This document shows positions 1 to 9,121 of a DNA stretch of 64,000 nucleotides, piece after piece. Location: contig JAQBRG010000002.1 in the NCBI GenBank assembly GCA_028286615.1, forward strand, positions 31,235 to 95,234, in the 5' to 3' direction. Within the stretch, counting starts at the first letter, position 1. Every line of letters starts with the position of its first letter. Source of the DNA: Parcubacteria group bacterium. GTDB taxonomy: Bacteria > Patescibacteriota > Minisyncoccia > Phycocordibacterales > Phycocordibacteraceae. Below the pieces are notes generated by a model, which saw nothing but the letters and a program-made list of their open reading frames with translations, was not told where the DNA came from and ran no database searches. The translations under genes and the position numbers were made by a program.

Positions 1-408
1 AAGCGTGCCCCATGGATACGGTTGTGTTGAAGACCATCCTTGATAACGAATGAGTACTTTCTGTCCAATAGGAAGAGACTCTCCCTTAACAACGAAGGGA
101 ACATACATCTTCTTCCAGTCCGGGATCATCATGGTTAGATGCTCCTCTTTGTTTTCAACCAAAGTTCCTACGAATGTTTCGCGGCTTCTTGTTACAACCT
201 CAACAACCTTGCCAACGGCACGGTTCTTCTTAGTACGTGAATCAACTTCAAATCCCGTATGCATAACCTTAACGGTGTCGTTAGGGAATGCACCTCCAAG
301 ATTCTCTCCAGATATGAAGAGATCCTCCTCTTCAGGGTCATATGAAAAGAAGCCCTTGCCGGTCTTCGTAATAGTTATCGGTCCTTCGTATATCTCCTTT
401 TCGGCCAT
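1..408 (-). CDS. rnr: Ribonuclease R, N-terminal part (runs off the window start)
   Basis: Manual translation MAEKEIYEGPITITKTGKGFFSYDPEEEDLFISGENLGGAFPNDTVKV...GKVVEVVTRSRETFVGTL fits the RNase R/II N-terminal cold-shock/OB domains; not in the ORF track; alternative ATG at 414. Confidence 0.8.
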   Translation of the reverse strand, partial: MAEKEIYEGPITITKTGKGFFSYDPEEEDLFISGENLGGAFPNDTVKVMHTGFEVDSRTKKNRAVGKVVEVVTRSRETFVGTLVENKEEHLTMMIPDWKKMYVPFVVKGESLPIGQKVLIRYQGWSSTQPYPWGTL

Positions 409-454
409 TTGCATCAACTTTAGCAGATAAAGCTGTTTCTGCTATGCTTTACGT

Positions 455-533
455 GTCCCGGTTCATCCCCCCGACACGGGACCAGCTGAGACCTGCGGCG
501 ATTTTCTTCATCTGAAGGAGTCGCCGCTTTTTT
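455..533 (+). ncRNA. Candidate ~80-nt small RNA in a divergent intergenic region
   Basis: Extended -10 TGcTATGCT (440-448), hairpin gtcccg/cgggac with C-rich loop, terminator gcggcgattttcttca/tgaaggagtcgccgc followed by T6; no + strand gene upstream. Confidence 0.45.
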
Positions 534-560
534 GACATACATGTAGACACGTTGTATTAA
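532..560 (+). promoter_or_regulatory. Sigma70 promoter for the ORF at 604
   Basis: TTGACA-17 nt-TATTAA. Confidence 0.5.
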
Positions 561-603
561 TGCAGACAGAGTGGTTGTGACCACGTTCATTGGGAGAAAG
601 ATT

Positions 604-1455
604 ATGAATCCGTTTCGTTTATCTCTTGCGGTGTTCTGTGGCGCGCTAATCGGCGCACTCGTCGCGAGGAATGTGATCCCGGGATATTACTGGGCGTGGA
701 ATGTGCTTGGTGGGGGAATGTCAGGCGGTGTCATCGCGTGGATGGTGTGCGACTTCTCGGGCTTTCGAGCCGCCTTTTCGAAGGCGTTCCAAAAAGCTTG
801 GATCCAATTGCTGCCACCGAGGCAACGGCAGCCCCGCGTTGCGCCTCGCTCCTTTCACTCGTTTCCAACCTACCTAAGAGAACATGTTGTGTGGAATCAC
901 ACTCTCGCAGCATTGTGTGTAAGTAGCGGCGCGGCGACCCTCGTCGCTGTGACACTAAGTGCGCTGTTGTACAGCTTCCCGGAAGTGCACAAGAGTTTCG
1001 CACAATCGCCTTACACGACTGTGCTTAGTGAGTTACGATTCGTTATCCTGCCATCTTACTTTCTCACAGCATTGTTCGCGTTCCCGCTCGCCTCGTTCAT
1101 CTACACAATCAAAGTTCTCACGATGTCCCGCAAGACTCTTGTGGAGCTTCAACGGGATGAAGAGCCTGGAGATGTGGAAGCGAAGACGCAAATGATGAAA
1201 CGGGGATGCCTATACTGGAATCCCTTCTGCGCGCCTTTCTCTGTGGTTTGGTTTACGTTTCTGTTCCTCAAGTTCGTCGTGGTGCATCTCTATCGCTTCA
1301 CCGCCTCGAACGAACGCATTGCTGCTTTTCTGCTCGGCTCTATATTTGCCGTTGCAGGATATGGCTTCGGCCGGCCTGTTCTGTCGGCCTGCGCTGGGGC
1401 TCTCTGCGGTTTCAGCATCGCCCGCATCGAACGGTGGCGGTTGTCTCGAATATAA
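604..1455 (+). CDS. Hypothetical multi-pass membrane protein
   Basis: Long ORF with several hydrophobic segments; GGAGA upstream of ATG 604; hairpin after the stop. Confidence 0.7.
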   Translation: MNPFRLSLAVFCGALIGALVARNVIPGYYWAWNVLGGGMSGGVIAWMVCDFSGFRAAFSKAFQKAWIQLLPPRQRQPRVAPRSFHSFPTYLREHVVWNHTLAALCVSSGAATLVAVTLSALLYSFPEVHKSFAQSPYTTVLSELRFVILPSYFLTALFAFPLASFIYTIKVLTMSRKTLVELQRDEEPGDVEAKTQMMKRGCLYWNPFCAPFSVVWFTFLFLKFVVVHLYRFTASNERIAAFLLGSIFAVAGYGFGRPVLSACAGALCGFSIARIERWRLSRI

Positions 1456-1567
1456 GAAGTCGCGCTCTGGCCAAACGGTCGGGGCGCTTTCTTTGAATTA
1501 GCTGTCCTTATTTACATACACAAGAAAACAGCGTATAACCCGCAAGGCATCAGCAAAGGAGGCCAGC

Positions 1568-2230
1568 ATGATAATTCTTAGAATCTGCTGGAAACTCCTG
1601 CAGATCTTGTACATCCGAATATTTATCGCAGAGTATCGTTTTCTCCGAACCTGCAAGTGGAAAATGTACTGTTTCCGTATGAACAAAACGAAACGGGGCA
1701 AGAAACTCAAGCGTCTTCTTGGGCTATGTGTGAGGCGTACATTCTGGAAAAAGTCTTCCCAGTACATCAAGCTAAGCTGCGTATCGTATATGGGGCGAGG
1801 GTACAGCGAAGTTGAGGACGCGAAGATTTATTGGGAAGCTCCTCTTGCGTTCACCATCTGGAGCGACAAGGGCCCGCTCTTCGCACTAGCCGTTGAGTTC
1901 TGGAACGACACTCTCTGCATTCGTCAGCTCCAAGGAGTTGGCGGAGCTTCAATACCCGAAGACCTTCGACACTGGCCGAATATGTTTGTAGAAGCGTGCT
2001 GTCTTTTTGCACGGAAAGCGAACTTCAAGCGAGTGCGGCTGTATCGGGCAAATCAGTCTCTCTTCTATGCCTATCCAGATGTATCAAAGGTCCCGCTTGA
2101 AAAACAAATCGAAGAGGTAAGCGCTATCCGGAAACGTATGACCCGTCGGTACGACTACACGGCAGAACAAGCCGGGTTTGTCATGATGCCGCGTTGGGGC
2201 GAATGGACTAACTTAAAGGTGCGGCACTGA
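1568..2230 (+). CDS. Hypothetical protein, possibly VirK/YbjX (DUF535)-like
   Basis: AAGGAGG SD; LCIRQLQG and RRYD segments resemble DUF535. Confidence 0.5.
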   Translation: MIILRICWKLLQILYIRIFIAEYRFLRTCKWKMYCFRMNKTKRGKKLKRLLGLCVRRTFWKKSSQYIKLSCVSYMGRGYSEVEDAKIYWEAPLAFTIWSDKGPLFALAVEFWNDTLCIRQLQGVGGASIPEDLRHWPNMFVEACCLFARKANFKRVRLYRANQSLFYAYPDVSKVPLEKQIEEVSAIRKRMTRRYDYTAEQAGFVMMPRWGEWTNLKVRH

Positions 2231-2299
2231 TTCCTCAGGCCGCACCTTTTCCCTTTGTATTTGACCCTTTGCTGGCTTTCTGTTACTCTGCCCGCACAT

Positions 2300-2800
2300 A
2301 TGTTGATGATCCGATTCCAGCGCATTGGCCGTAAGAACGACGCGGCTTTTCGCATGGCAGTGCTAGAAAAGACCGCCGGTCCTAAGGCGGGCAAGTACGT
2401 TGACCTCGTAGGAACCTATAACCCTAAGACCAAGGCCATGACGGTTAAGGCAGACCGCATCAAGGAGTGGATGGCAAAGGGAGCTCAGGTTTCACCTTCG
2501 CTCATGAACCTCCTTATTAACAAGGGAATCCTTGAAGGAACAAAGTCTGCTGTTATCTCTAAGCAGAATCTCGAGAAGCACATTGCAAAGCGCAAGGCTG
2601 AAGAAGAAGCTGCAGCCGCAAAGGCAGCTGAAGCTGCTGAGAAAGAAGCAGCCGCAACCAAGGCTGCTGAGGAGGCTGCAGCTGCAGCTCCTGCAGAGGA
2701 AGCCGCTCCTGAAGAAGTTGTTGCTGAGGTTACCGAAGAAGAGGCAGCACCAGCAGTTGAAGAAGCTGCTCCCGCAGAGACCGAAGAGGTTGCTGCGTAA
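2300..2800 (+). CDS. rpsP: 30S ribosomal protein S16 with acidic Ala/Glu-rich C-terminal tail
   Basis: MLMIRFQRIGRKN...GTYNP...WMAKGAQVS. Confidence 0.95.
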   Translation: MLMIRFQRIGRKNDAAFRMAVLEKTAGPKAGKYVDLVGTYNPKTKAMTVKADRIKEWMAKGAQVSPSLMNLLINKGILEGTKSAVISKQNLEKHIAKRKAEEEAAAAKAAEAAEKEAAATKAAEEAAAAAPAEEAAPEEVVAEVTEEEAAPAVEEAAPAETEEVAA

Positions 2801-2859
2801 GCGCTTTTCGCGCTCCCGTTCTCCTTATCCAATCCTATTTCTGTTAACGCTGTACGACT

Positions 2860-3156
2860 ATGGAACAAGATCACGCATTTCTCGAATACGTAATTAAGGC
2901 ACTCGTTGATAATCCTGACGCGGTTGTTATTAACCGCTCGGTAGATGAGATGGGTGTACTCCTTACCCTTACCGTCTCTCCAGACGACATGGGCAAGATA
3001 ATCGGACGTGACGGCACCATTGCTAAAGCACTCCGCACACTCCTTCGCGTTGTTGGTATGAAGCACAACGCTCGCGTGAATCTCAAGATCAACGAACCCA
3101 TGGGCGGCAAGAGGGAAGACCGGCCGCTTGATGAGGTAATCGAAGACCTCGGATAA
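2860..3156 (+). CDS. khpA: KH-domain RNA-binding protein KhpA
   Basis: DMGKIIGRDG motif; position after rpsP. Confidence 0.9.
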   Translation: MEQDHAFLEYVIKALVDNPDAVVINRSVDEMGVLLTLTVSPDDMGKIIGRDGTIAKALRTLLRVVGMKHNARVNLKINEPMGGKREDRPLDEVIEDLG

Positions 3157-3188
3157 AAAGACAAGCGGCGAGAGCCGCTTTCTTTCGT

Positions 3189-3860
3189 ATGATTAAATTC
3201 CATCTCATAACCCTTTTCCCCGAAGCCTGTGACGCATACCTCAGTGCGTCTATTCTTGGACGCGCACGAGAAGCGAAGAAGATATCTGTTGCATACCAGA
3301 GCCCAAGAGATTTCGTAACAAACAAATGGGGCAAGGTTGATGAGCGTCCGTACGGTGGAGGTCCCGGTATGGTTATGACGGCGCTTCCTGTTGTGAAAGC
3401 GGTTAAGAAAGCTCTCGGCAAGCGCACCACTAAGAAAGCCATCATCTGGTTCACTCCCTCAGGCAAACAATTTACGAACAAAGATGCAGACGCGCTAGGG
3501 AAGTTAGATGAGGTTGTATTTGTCTGTGGACGATACGAAGGCATAGACGAACGCGCTGCAAAGATCCTCAAGACCATGGCGCCTCTCAAGAAGTTTGCGG
3601 TTGGCGAAGCGGTATACACCGGAGGCGAAGTACCTGCTATGGCCATGGTTGATGCGATAACCCGAAGAATCCCAGGCGTGCTTGGAAAGGACGAATCTGT
3701 TGAAGAGCGTCGTATAGCTGCGAGCGAGACGTTTACGCGTCCCGATGTACTTGAATGGGAAGGGAAGAAGTATCCAGTACCTCCCGTACTTAAGACCGGA
3801 GACCATAAAAAGATTGATGCGTGGCGCACGAAGAATATAAAAAAGAAGAAAGCCGGTTAA
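3189..3860 (+). CDS. trmD: tRNA (guanine37-N1)-methyltransferase
   Basis: ITLFPE, RPYGGGPGMV, CGRYEGIDER, TGGEVPA motifs. Confidence 0.97.
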   Translation: MIKFHLITLFPEACDAYLSASILGRAREAKKISVAYQSPRDFVTNKWGKVDERPYGGGPGMVMTALPVVKAVKKALGKRTTKKAIIWFTPSGKQFTNKDADALGKLDEVVFVCGRYEGIDERAAKILKTMAPLKKFAVGEAVYTGGEVPAMAMVDAITRRIPGVLGKDESVEERRIAASETFTRPDVLEWEGKKYPVPPVLKTGDHKKIDAWRTKNIKKKKAG

Positions 3861-3868
3861 GACTTTCT

Positions 3869-4096
3869 TCAGTATTCGCGCCACATTTCGAAAGATATCG
3901 CTAGGCATATAAGTGCCAGGGCGTATTGGGTTAAAACATAGCCGTAAAATGTGGGCGTGGGCCAACGGATATCTTGTAAGACTCCAACCAACCAAATTGA
4001 GTCTGGCAAGAAATTTGCTCCAAGAACAATGCCGGTGGGTAACAAGCCAACGGCAATAACCAGAAGCTGTAGTGCAGCTAGTTTAATTACGCGCAT
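3869..4096 (-). CDS. Small hypothetical membrane protein
   Basis: Two hydrophobic helices; GAGGAGG SD before ATG 4096. Confidence 0.55.
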   Translation of the reverse strand: MRVIKLAALQLLVIAVGLLPTGIVLGANFLPDSIWLVGVLQDIRWPTPTFYGYVLTQYALALICLAISFEMWREY

Positions 4097-4201
4097 CAGA
4101 TGTCCCTCCTCTTGAGCAAATAAAACACTCAGGAATATTGTTGTCAACGAATCTCTTCTACGGTACTGTGCCGGCAGACAACAGCTCTATGGAGAAACGA
4201 A

Positions 4202-5005
4202 ATGACGCACTCAAACGATGCGCTCAAGGAGCTGCTCGCTCAAGCAGTCATCCGTAACGGGCTTGTTTGGTTCGAGCCAGTCGAGAATTCGAAGATCGAA
4301 AACGGATGTCTGGTCCTCGGACTACGGACAGCCACGGGTAAGACCCAACGATTGATGGGAAAAGGTGAGCCGAGGCTCAATCTCAAAGAAGCCGGTATTC
4401 CTTTCGGGAAAAGACCGTCGGTAACCCTTCTGCGAAAGGTGCGCAGGTATCTCGCAAAGAGATCAGCCCGACTTTCCGTTGATAAACCGATAAGCCAAGA
4501 CTTCCTATTCCGTGTGTGGTCTGGCATGGATCTTATCGAAGCACTGATACCAAGCGCATACGTTGGAATCCTTGAGCTACAAGCGAGTCTTCCGTTCGCT
4601 TATCGACGCATAACCGAAAAAGATCTAGACAGGGTCTCGGCAAAGGTTGATGAGAGTGTGCAGACAGTACTGGATAAATGCACCGTTTCGATACATCTCG
4701 AGGCTGTGGTCCCGATTCCAGGTATCGATCTTGGCTCGCCGTTTCTGATTGGGCGTAAACCTTTGCTCAATCTCGTCACGCCGGCAGACTCACCGGAAGG
4801 CAAAGCGCTCGCGGTGTATGAGCTTTTCTATCAAGCTTTGGCGGAGGAGTGCCGTAAGGATAATCTCCACATAACACTTAAGAAGTTCTGGTGCCCAGCC
4901 TTCCTTGCAAAGTGGATAGTTGGTACCCGAAATGATTTTGGTAACCCAGACGAGCTTGCGATTGATTTCGTTCACACGTGCCGCGCTGTTCTAAAAGCTG
5001 CATAA
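4202..5005 (+). CDS. Hypothetical protein
   Basis: 267-aa ORF, GGAGA SD, followed by a terminator hairpin. Confidence 0.65.
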   Translation: MTHSNDALKELLAQAVIRNGLVWFEPVENSKIENGCLVLGLRTATGKTQRLMGKGEPRLNLKEAGIPFGKRPSVTLLRKVRRYLAKRSARLSVDKPISQDFLFRVWSGMDLIEALIPSAYVGILELQASLPFAYRRITEKDLDRVSAKVDESVQTVLDKCTVSIHLEAVVPIPGIDLGSPFLIGRKPLLNLVTPADSPEGKALAVYELFYQALAEECRKDNLHITLKKFWCPAFLAKWIVGTRNDFGNPDELAIDFVHTCRAVLKAA

Positions 5006-5016
5006 CCCCATGCAGT

Positions 5017-5048
5017 AAAGGCTCGTCCCTCACCGGACGGGCCTTTTA
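5017..5048 (+). terminator. Intrinsic terminator
   Basis: aaaggctcgtcc-ctcacc-ggacgggcctttt. Confidence 0.6.
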
Positions 5049-5142
5049 CATAACATATTGACAAATACACCAATATGGTGTATGTTAGACCCTGGCTTTC
5101 ATTGCGCATCCTGCGCCTACGTACCTTTTAGGGGACATAAAT

Positions 5143-5640
5143 ATGCAACGAGTTTGGACCTTTCTGCTCGCCATGAGTGCCACGGCGCTCTTCCTGCTGA
5201 TCGCACCTGTCGTGTTCGCTCGGTTGGGCGACATCGACGTGATCCGCAAGACCTGCCTCGTCATCACCGCGGGCGGCGGCGCGCTCTTCCTGCTGTACTA
5301 CATCATGGCAGCGCACGACCTGCCGCGGCATGAGATGAAAAGGCTCGACCATCTGCTGTTCATCGGCAGCGGCACGATCATCTCGACCATCGCGGTCTTC
5401 CTGTTCTTCGCGTTCAAGGACGTCTCGATCCTGGCGATGTTGGGCTTCGGCCTCGTCCTGGCTCTCACCACGGTGTTCTGCGGCAAAAAGCTGCAGGAGG
5501 CCACGGAGGAAGCTGCGAAGCAGAAGGAAGCTTTGCTTGAACGCGCGAACGAAATCGTCCGTGACCAGCAAGCTCCGCTCCAGTCGGCCAAGGGTGCGCC
5601 CTTCGGCTATGACCTGCACATCGACGCCGAGCCGTCCTAA
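5143..5640 (+). CDS. Hypothetical 4-TM membrane protein with C-terminal coiled coil
   Basis: Four hydrophobic segments, GC-rich codon use, TTGACA-17-TATGTT promoter at 5058-5086. Confidence 0.7.
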   Translation: MQRVWTFLLAMSATALFLLIAPVVFARLGDIDVIRKTCLVITAGGGALFLLYYIMAAHDLPRHEMKRLDHLLFIGSGTIISTIAVFLFFAFKDVSILAMLGFGLVLALTTVFCGKKLQEATEEAAKQKEALLERANEIVRDQQAPLQSAKGAPFGYDLHIDAEPS

Positions 5641-5682
5641 CCAGGGCGCTCACGCATACTAGGCAACCCCGCCTCAACCTAA

Positions 5683-5717
5683 CAACGACCAGTTTCCTCA
5701 CGGAGCTGGTCGTTTTT
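5683..5717 (+). terminator. Intrinsic terminator upstream of the rpoB promoter
   Basis: aacgaccagtttc-ctcac-ggagctggtcgtt followed by T run. Confidence 0.7.
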
Positions 5718-5747
5718 GCTATTCCCATACCCCTTCTTCACCTTCCC

Positions 5748-5929
5748 TTGACGTACTCTGTGCTAAGCCGGTATACTCCTGGTACAGATTGAGTAACGGG
5801 GGCAGGCAGTGCGAAAAGCAGGAAAATACTTTAAAAACAGCGTCTCGAGACAACGAGAGACGTCGCCCGTTGTTATACGGGCGCTTCGGCGTTTCTTTCG
5901 TTTCGACACACATCTAATACGCCACAGAC
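5748..5929 (+). promoter_or_regulatory. rpoBC promoter and ~145-nt structured 5' leader
   Basis: TTGACG(5748)-18-TATACT(5772); leader has mutually exclusive helices and a cUUCGg hairpin followed by a U-rich tract. Confidence 0.6.
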
Positions 5930-8900
5930 ATGGAGCAAAAAAAGCTCGTGCCCAAGACGTTCGGCGCGTACCAGCCGCCGCGTGTAGATTTCCCAGACTT
6001 GGTTGGACACCAACGTGAATCTTTTAACTGGCTCTTGAAGGACGGCCTTCAGGAACTGTTCAAAGAGTTTTCTCCTATTCCAGACTATTCTGGAAAGAAG
6101 TTCGAACTTCGTATAGACGGATTCGAGATCGGCGAACCAAAAGCAGACGAAGAGTCTGCTCGTGAGAACATGCGCACCTACGAGGCGCCCGTTAAGATTT
6201 CAGTTACCCTTATCAACAAGACTTTCGGTTCTGAAAAGACCCAGGAGATCTTCCTTGCGGACATGCCAATGATGACACCGCACGGATCATTCATCGTTTC
6301 CGGTGTTGAGCGCGCAATCGTGCCTCAGCTCGCTCGTTCTTTCGGCGCATTCTTTGCTGCTGAGGAAGTGAAAGGAAAGCAGTACTTCGGTGCAAAGATT
6401 CTTCCGTCTCGCGGCGTATGGATCGAGATCGAAACTGACACCGACGGATCTATCTTCGTTAAGATCGACCGCAAGCGTAAGTTCCCAATCACGAACCTCC
6501 TTACCGTCTTCGGTGCTGGAGTTCGTGACGAGCTTCTAACCAAGTTCAAGGGAAACGAAGTAGCTCAGGCTGCTATCACCGCAACCCTCGCACACGACAC
6601 CGCACAGTCCATGGACGATGCGTTCGTTGAGATACATCGCCGTATGCGCGACGGAGATCTCGCTACCCCAGATAACGCCAAGCAGTACGTCAACGCGCTT
6701 TTTGCCCCCGAACGCTATGACCTCAACCGCGTTGGACGCCACCGCCTCAACGCCCGCTTCGGACTTCCAACCGACAAGAAAGCGCTCGACCAGCGTGTGC
6801 TTACCGTAGACGACCTTCTCCGCATCGTTGGAGAGATCGCTCGCATGAACCAGGACCCTAACGCGCAGCCAGACGACATCGATCACCTCGGCTTCCGTCG
6901 TGTTCGTTTCGTTGGAGAACTTCTCCAGGCACGTATGCGTGTTGGTATGTCTCGCATGAAGCGAAACATCCAGGACCGCATGTCCACAATTGAAAGCGAG
7001 ACTACGCTTCCTATGGCACTTGTTAACCCTCGTCCATTCCAGGCTTCAGTCCGTGAGTTCTTCACAGCCAACCAGCTTTCGCAGTTCATGGATCAGCAGA
7101 ACATTCTTGCTGAGCTTGAGAACATGCGAACTCTTTCAGCGCTCGGTCCCGGCGGACTCACTCGCGAGCGTGCAGGCTTCGAGGTTCGTGACGTGCACCC
7201 ATCGCACTACGGACGTCTCTGCCCAATCCACACGCCTGAAGGACAGAACATCGGTCTTATTCTCCGTCTCGCGCTTCATGCACGTACCAACGAGTTCGGT
7301 GTTATCGAAACACCATACGCAAAGGTTACGAAGGGAGTTGTTACCGACGAGATTGAATACCTCAACGCTCTTGATGAGGAGAATTACGTTATCGCCCACG
7401 GCGCTACGCCGCTAGACGCTAAGAAGCACATCGTTCCCGACACTATTGAAGCGCGCCGAGGTGGCGAGCCTGCAGTTGTTCGTCGCGACGAAATCGATTA
7501 CATCGATGCCTCGACGTACCAGATGTTCTCAGCTGCTACAGCTATGATCCCATTCGTTGATCATGACGACTCCAACCGTGCACTCATGGGTTCAAACATG
7601 CAGAAGCAAGCAACCCCTGTCCTCATTCCTGAGGCTCCTTTGGTTGCAACGGGTATTGAAGAGCACGCAGCACGTAACACAGGACGACTTGTTATCGCTC
7701 TTGAAAGCGGAACCGCTACATACGTAGACGCTCGTCGCATTCTCATTGAGGACGCAAAGGGCAAAATAAAGGAGTACCGCCTTCAGGGCCTTACACAGAC
7801 CAACCAGAACTCTGCCTTTAACCAGCGTCCTATCATCAAGACAGGCGACAAGGTTAAGAAGGGGGATGTGCTCGCAGACGCATCAAGTTCCGACCAGGGC
7901 CAGATGGCACTCGGACAGAACGTTCGCGTTGCCTTCATGTCTTGGAGCGGTGCTAACTACGAGGACGCCATCATCGTGTCTGAACGACTCGTTGAGCAGT
8001 CCAAGTTCACCACCGTTCACATTGAAGACTTCGAGTGTGCCGTTCGCGACACGAAGCTTGGAGCTGAAGTAACCACGCACGATATTCCTAACGTGGGAGA
8101 GCTTCGTCTTAAGAACCTCGATGAGGAAGGTGTGGTACGTATCGGTGCTGAAGTACGTCCCGGCGACATTCTCGTTGGAAAGGTAACTCCCAAGGGAGAG
8201 ACCCAGCTTACTCCTGAAGAACGTCTTCTTCGTTCTATCTTCGGAGACAAGGCTAAGGACGTGAAGGACACCTCACTTCGCATGGAAGGAGGAAAGCGTG
8301 GCCGTGTTATCGGCGTACGCGTCTTCTCACGCGAGAAGGGAGACCAGCTCGAAAGCGGCATCATCAAGAAGATTGTCGTAACAGTCGCACAGGTTCGTAA
8401 CGTATCGGTTGGAGACAAGCTCGCCGGTCGTCACGGAAACAAGGGAGTTATCTCCCGCGTGCTTCCCGTTGAAGACATGCCATACGACGAGGACGGAAAC
8501 CCAATCGACCTCATCCTTACGCCGCTCGGTGTGCCATCTCGTATGAACCTTGGACAGATTCTTGAGATGCACCTCGGTCTAGCAGCACACACGCTCGGAT
8601 ACCAGGCTATTGTTCCTCCATTTGCTGGAGCAACTGCTGACGAAATCCGCGACGAACTCGAAGCTGCCGGATTCTCCCGTAACGGAAAGATGCAGCTCTT
8701 CGATGGACGTACTGGCGAAGCATTCGCACAGACCATCTCAGTTGGCTACATGTATATCTTGAAACTCCATCACATGGTGGAAGACAAGATCCACATGCGC
8801 TCAATCGGTCCGTACTCCCTTATCACCCAGCAGCCGCTCGGAGGAAAGGCACAGAACGGAGGACAGCGTTTCGGAGAAATGGAAGTGTGGGCGCTCTTGG

Positions 8901-9106
8901 GTTACGGATCTGCGTACACTCTTCGAGAAATGCTCACCATCAAATCGGACGATATCCAGGGACGCTCTGCGACCTTCGATGCAATCGTGAAGGGCGAGCC
9001 CGTTTCTCATGCAGGAACACCGGCATCCTTCTCGGTACTTACTAACCAGATCCGCGGTCTCGCGCTCGATATTGAACCTATCGAAGACGCGGCCTTGGAC
9101 GCCTAA
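5930..9106 (+). CDS. rpoB: DNA-directed RNA polymerase subunit beta
   Basis: RDVHPSHYGRLCP, GDKLAGRHGNKG, GGQRFGEME motifs. Confidence 0.99.
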   Translation: MEQKKLVPKTFGAYQPPRVDFPDLVGHQRESFNWLLKDGLQELFKEFSPIPDYSGKKFELRIDGFEIGEPKADEESARENMRTYEAPVKISVTLINKTFGSEKTQEIFLADMPMMTPHGSFIVSGVERAIVPQLARSFGAFFAAEEVKGKQYFGAKILPSRGVWIEIETDTDGSIFVKIDRKRKFPITNLLTVFGAGVRDELLTKFKGNEVAQAAITATLAHDTAQSMDDAFVEIHRRMRDGDLATPDNAKQYVNALFAPERYDLNRVGRHRLNARFGLPTDKKALDQRVLTVDDLLRIVGEIARMNQDPNAQPDDIDHLGFRRVRFVGELLQARMRVGMSRMKRNIQDRMSTIESETTLPMALVNPRPFQASVREFFTANQLSQFMDQQNILAELENMRTLSALGPGGLTRERAGFEVRDVHPSHYGRLCPIHTPEGQNIGLILRLALHARTNEFGVIETPYAKVTKGVVTDEIEYLNALDEENYVIAHGATPLDAKKHIVPDTIEARRGGEPAVVRRDEIDYIDASTYQMFSAATAMIPFVDHDDSNRALMGSNMQKQATPVLIPEAPLVATGIEEHAARNTGRLVIALESGTATYVDARRILIEDAKGKIKEYRLQGLTQTNQNSAFNQRPIIKTGDKVKKGDVLADASSSDQGQMALGQNVRVAFMSWSGANYEDAIIVSERLVEQSKFTTVHIEDFECAVRDTKLGAEVTTHDIPNVGELRLKNLDEEGVVRIGAEVRPGDILVGKVTPKGETQLTPEERLLRSIFGDKAKDVKDTSLRMEGGKRGRVIGVRVFSREKGDQLESGIIKKIVVTVAQVRNVSVGDKLAGRHGNKGVISRVLPVEDMPYDEDGNPIDLILTPLGVPSRMNLGQILEMHLGLAAHTLGYQAIVPPFAGATADEIRDELEAAGFSRNGKMQLFDGRTGEAFAQTISVGYMYILKLHHMVEDKIHMRSIGPYSLITQQPLGGKAQNGGQRFGEMEVWALLGYGSAYTLREMLTIKSDDIQGRSATFDAIVKGEPVSHAGTPASFSVLTNQIRGLALDIEPIEDAALDA

Positions 9107-9121
9107 CCTCTCACCTGACTT

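Noticed and set aside
453-515. 20-codon GTG ORF as a leader peptide
   Set aside because: GTG is only 4 nt from the -10 and so probably upstream of the transcription start; no amino-acid run typical of attenuators
2590-2800. Low-complexity gctgcagaa repeats and the antisense 193-aa ORF
   Set aside because: Explained by the Ala/Glu tail of S16
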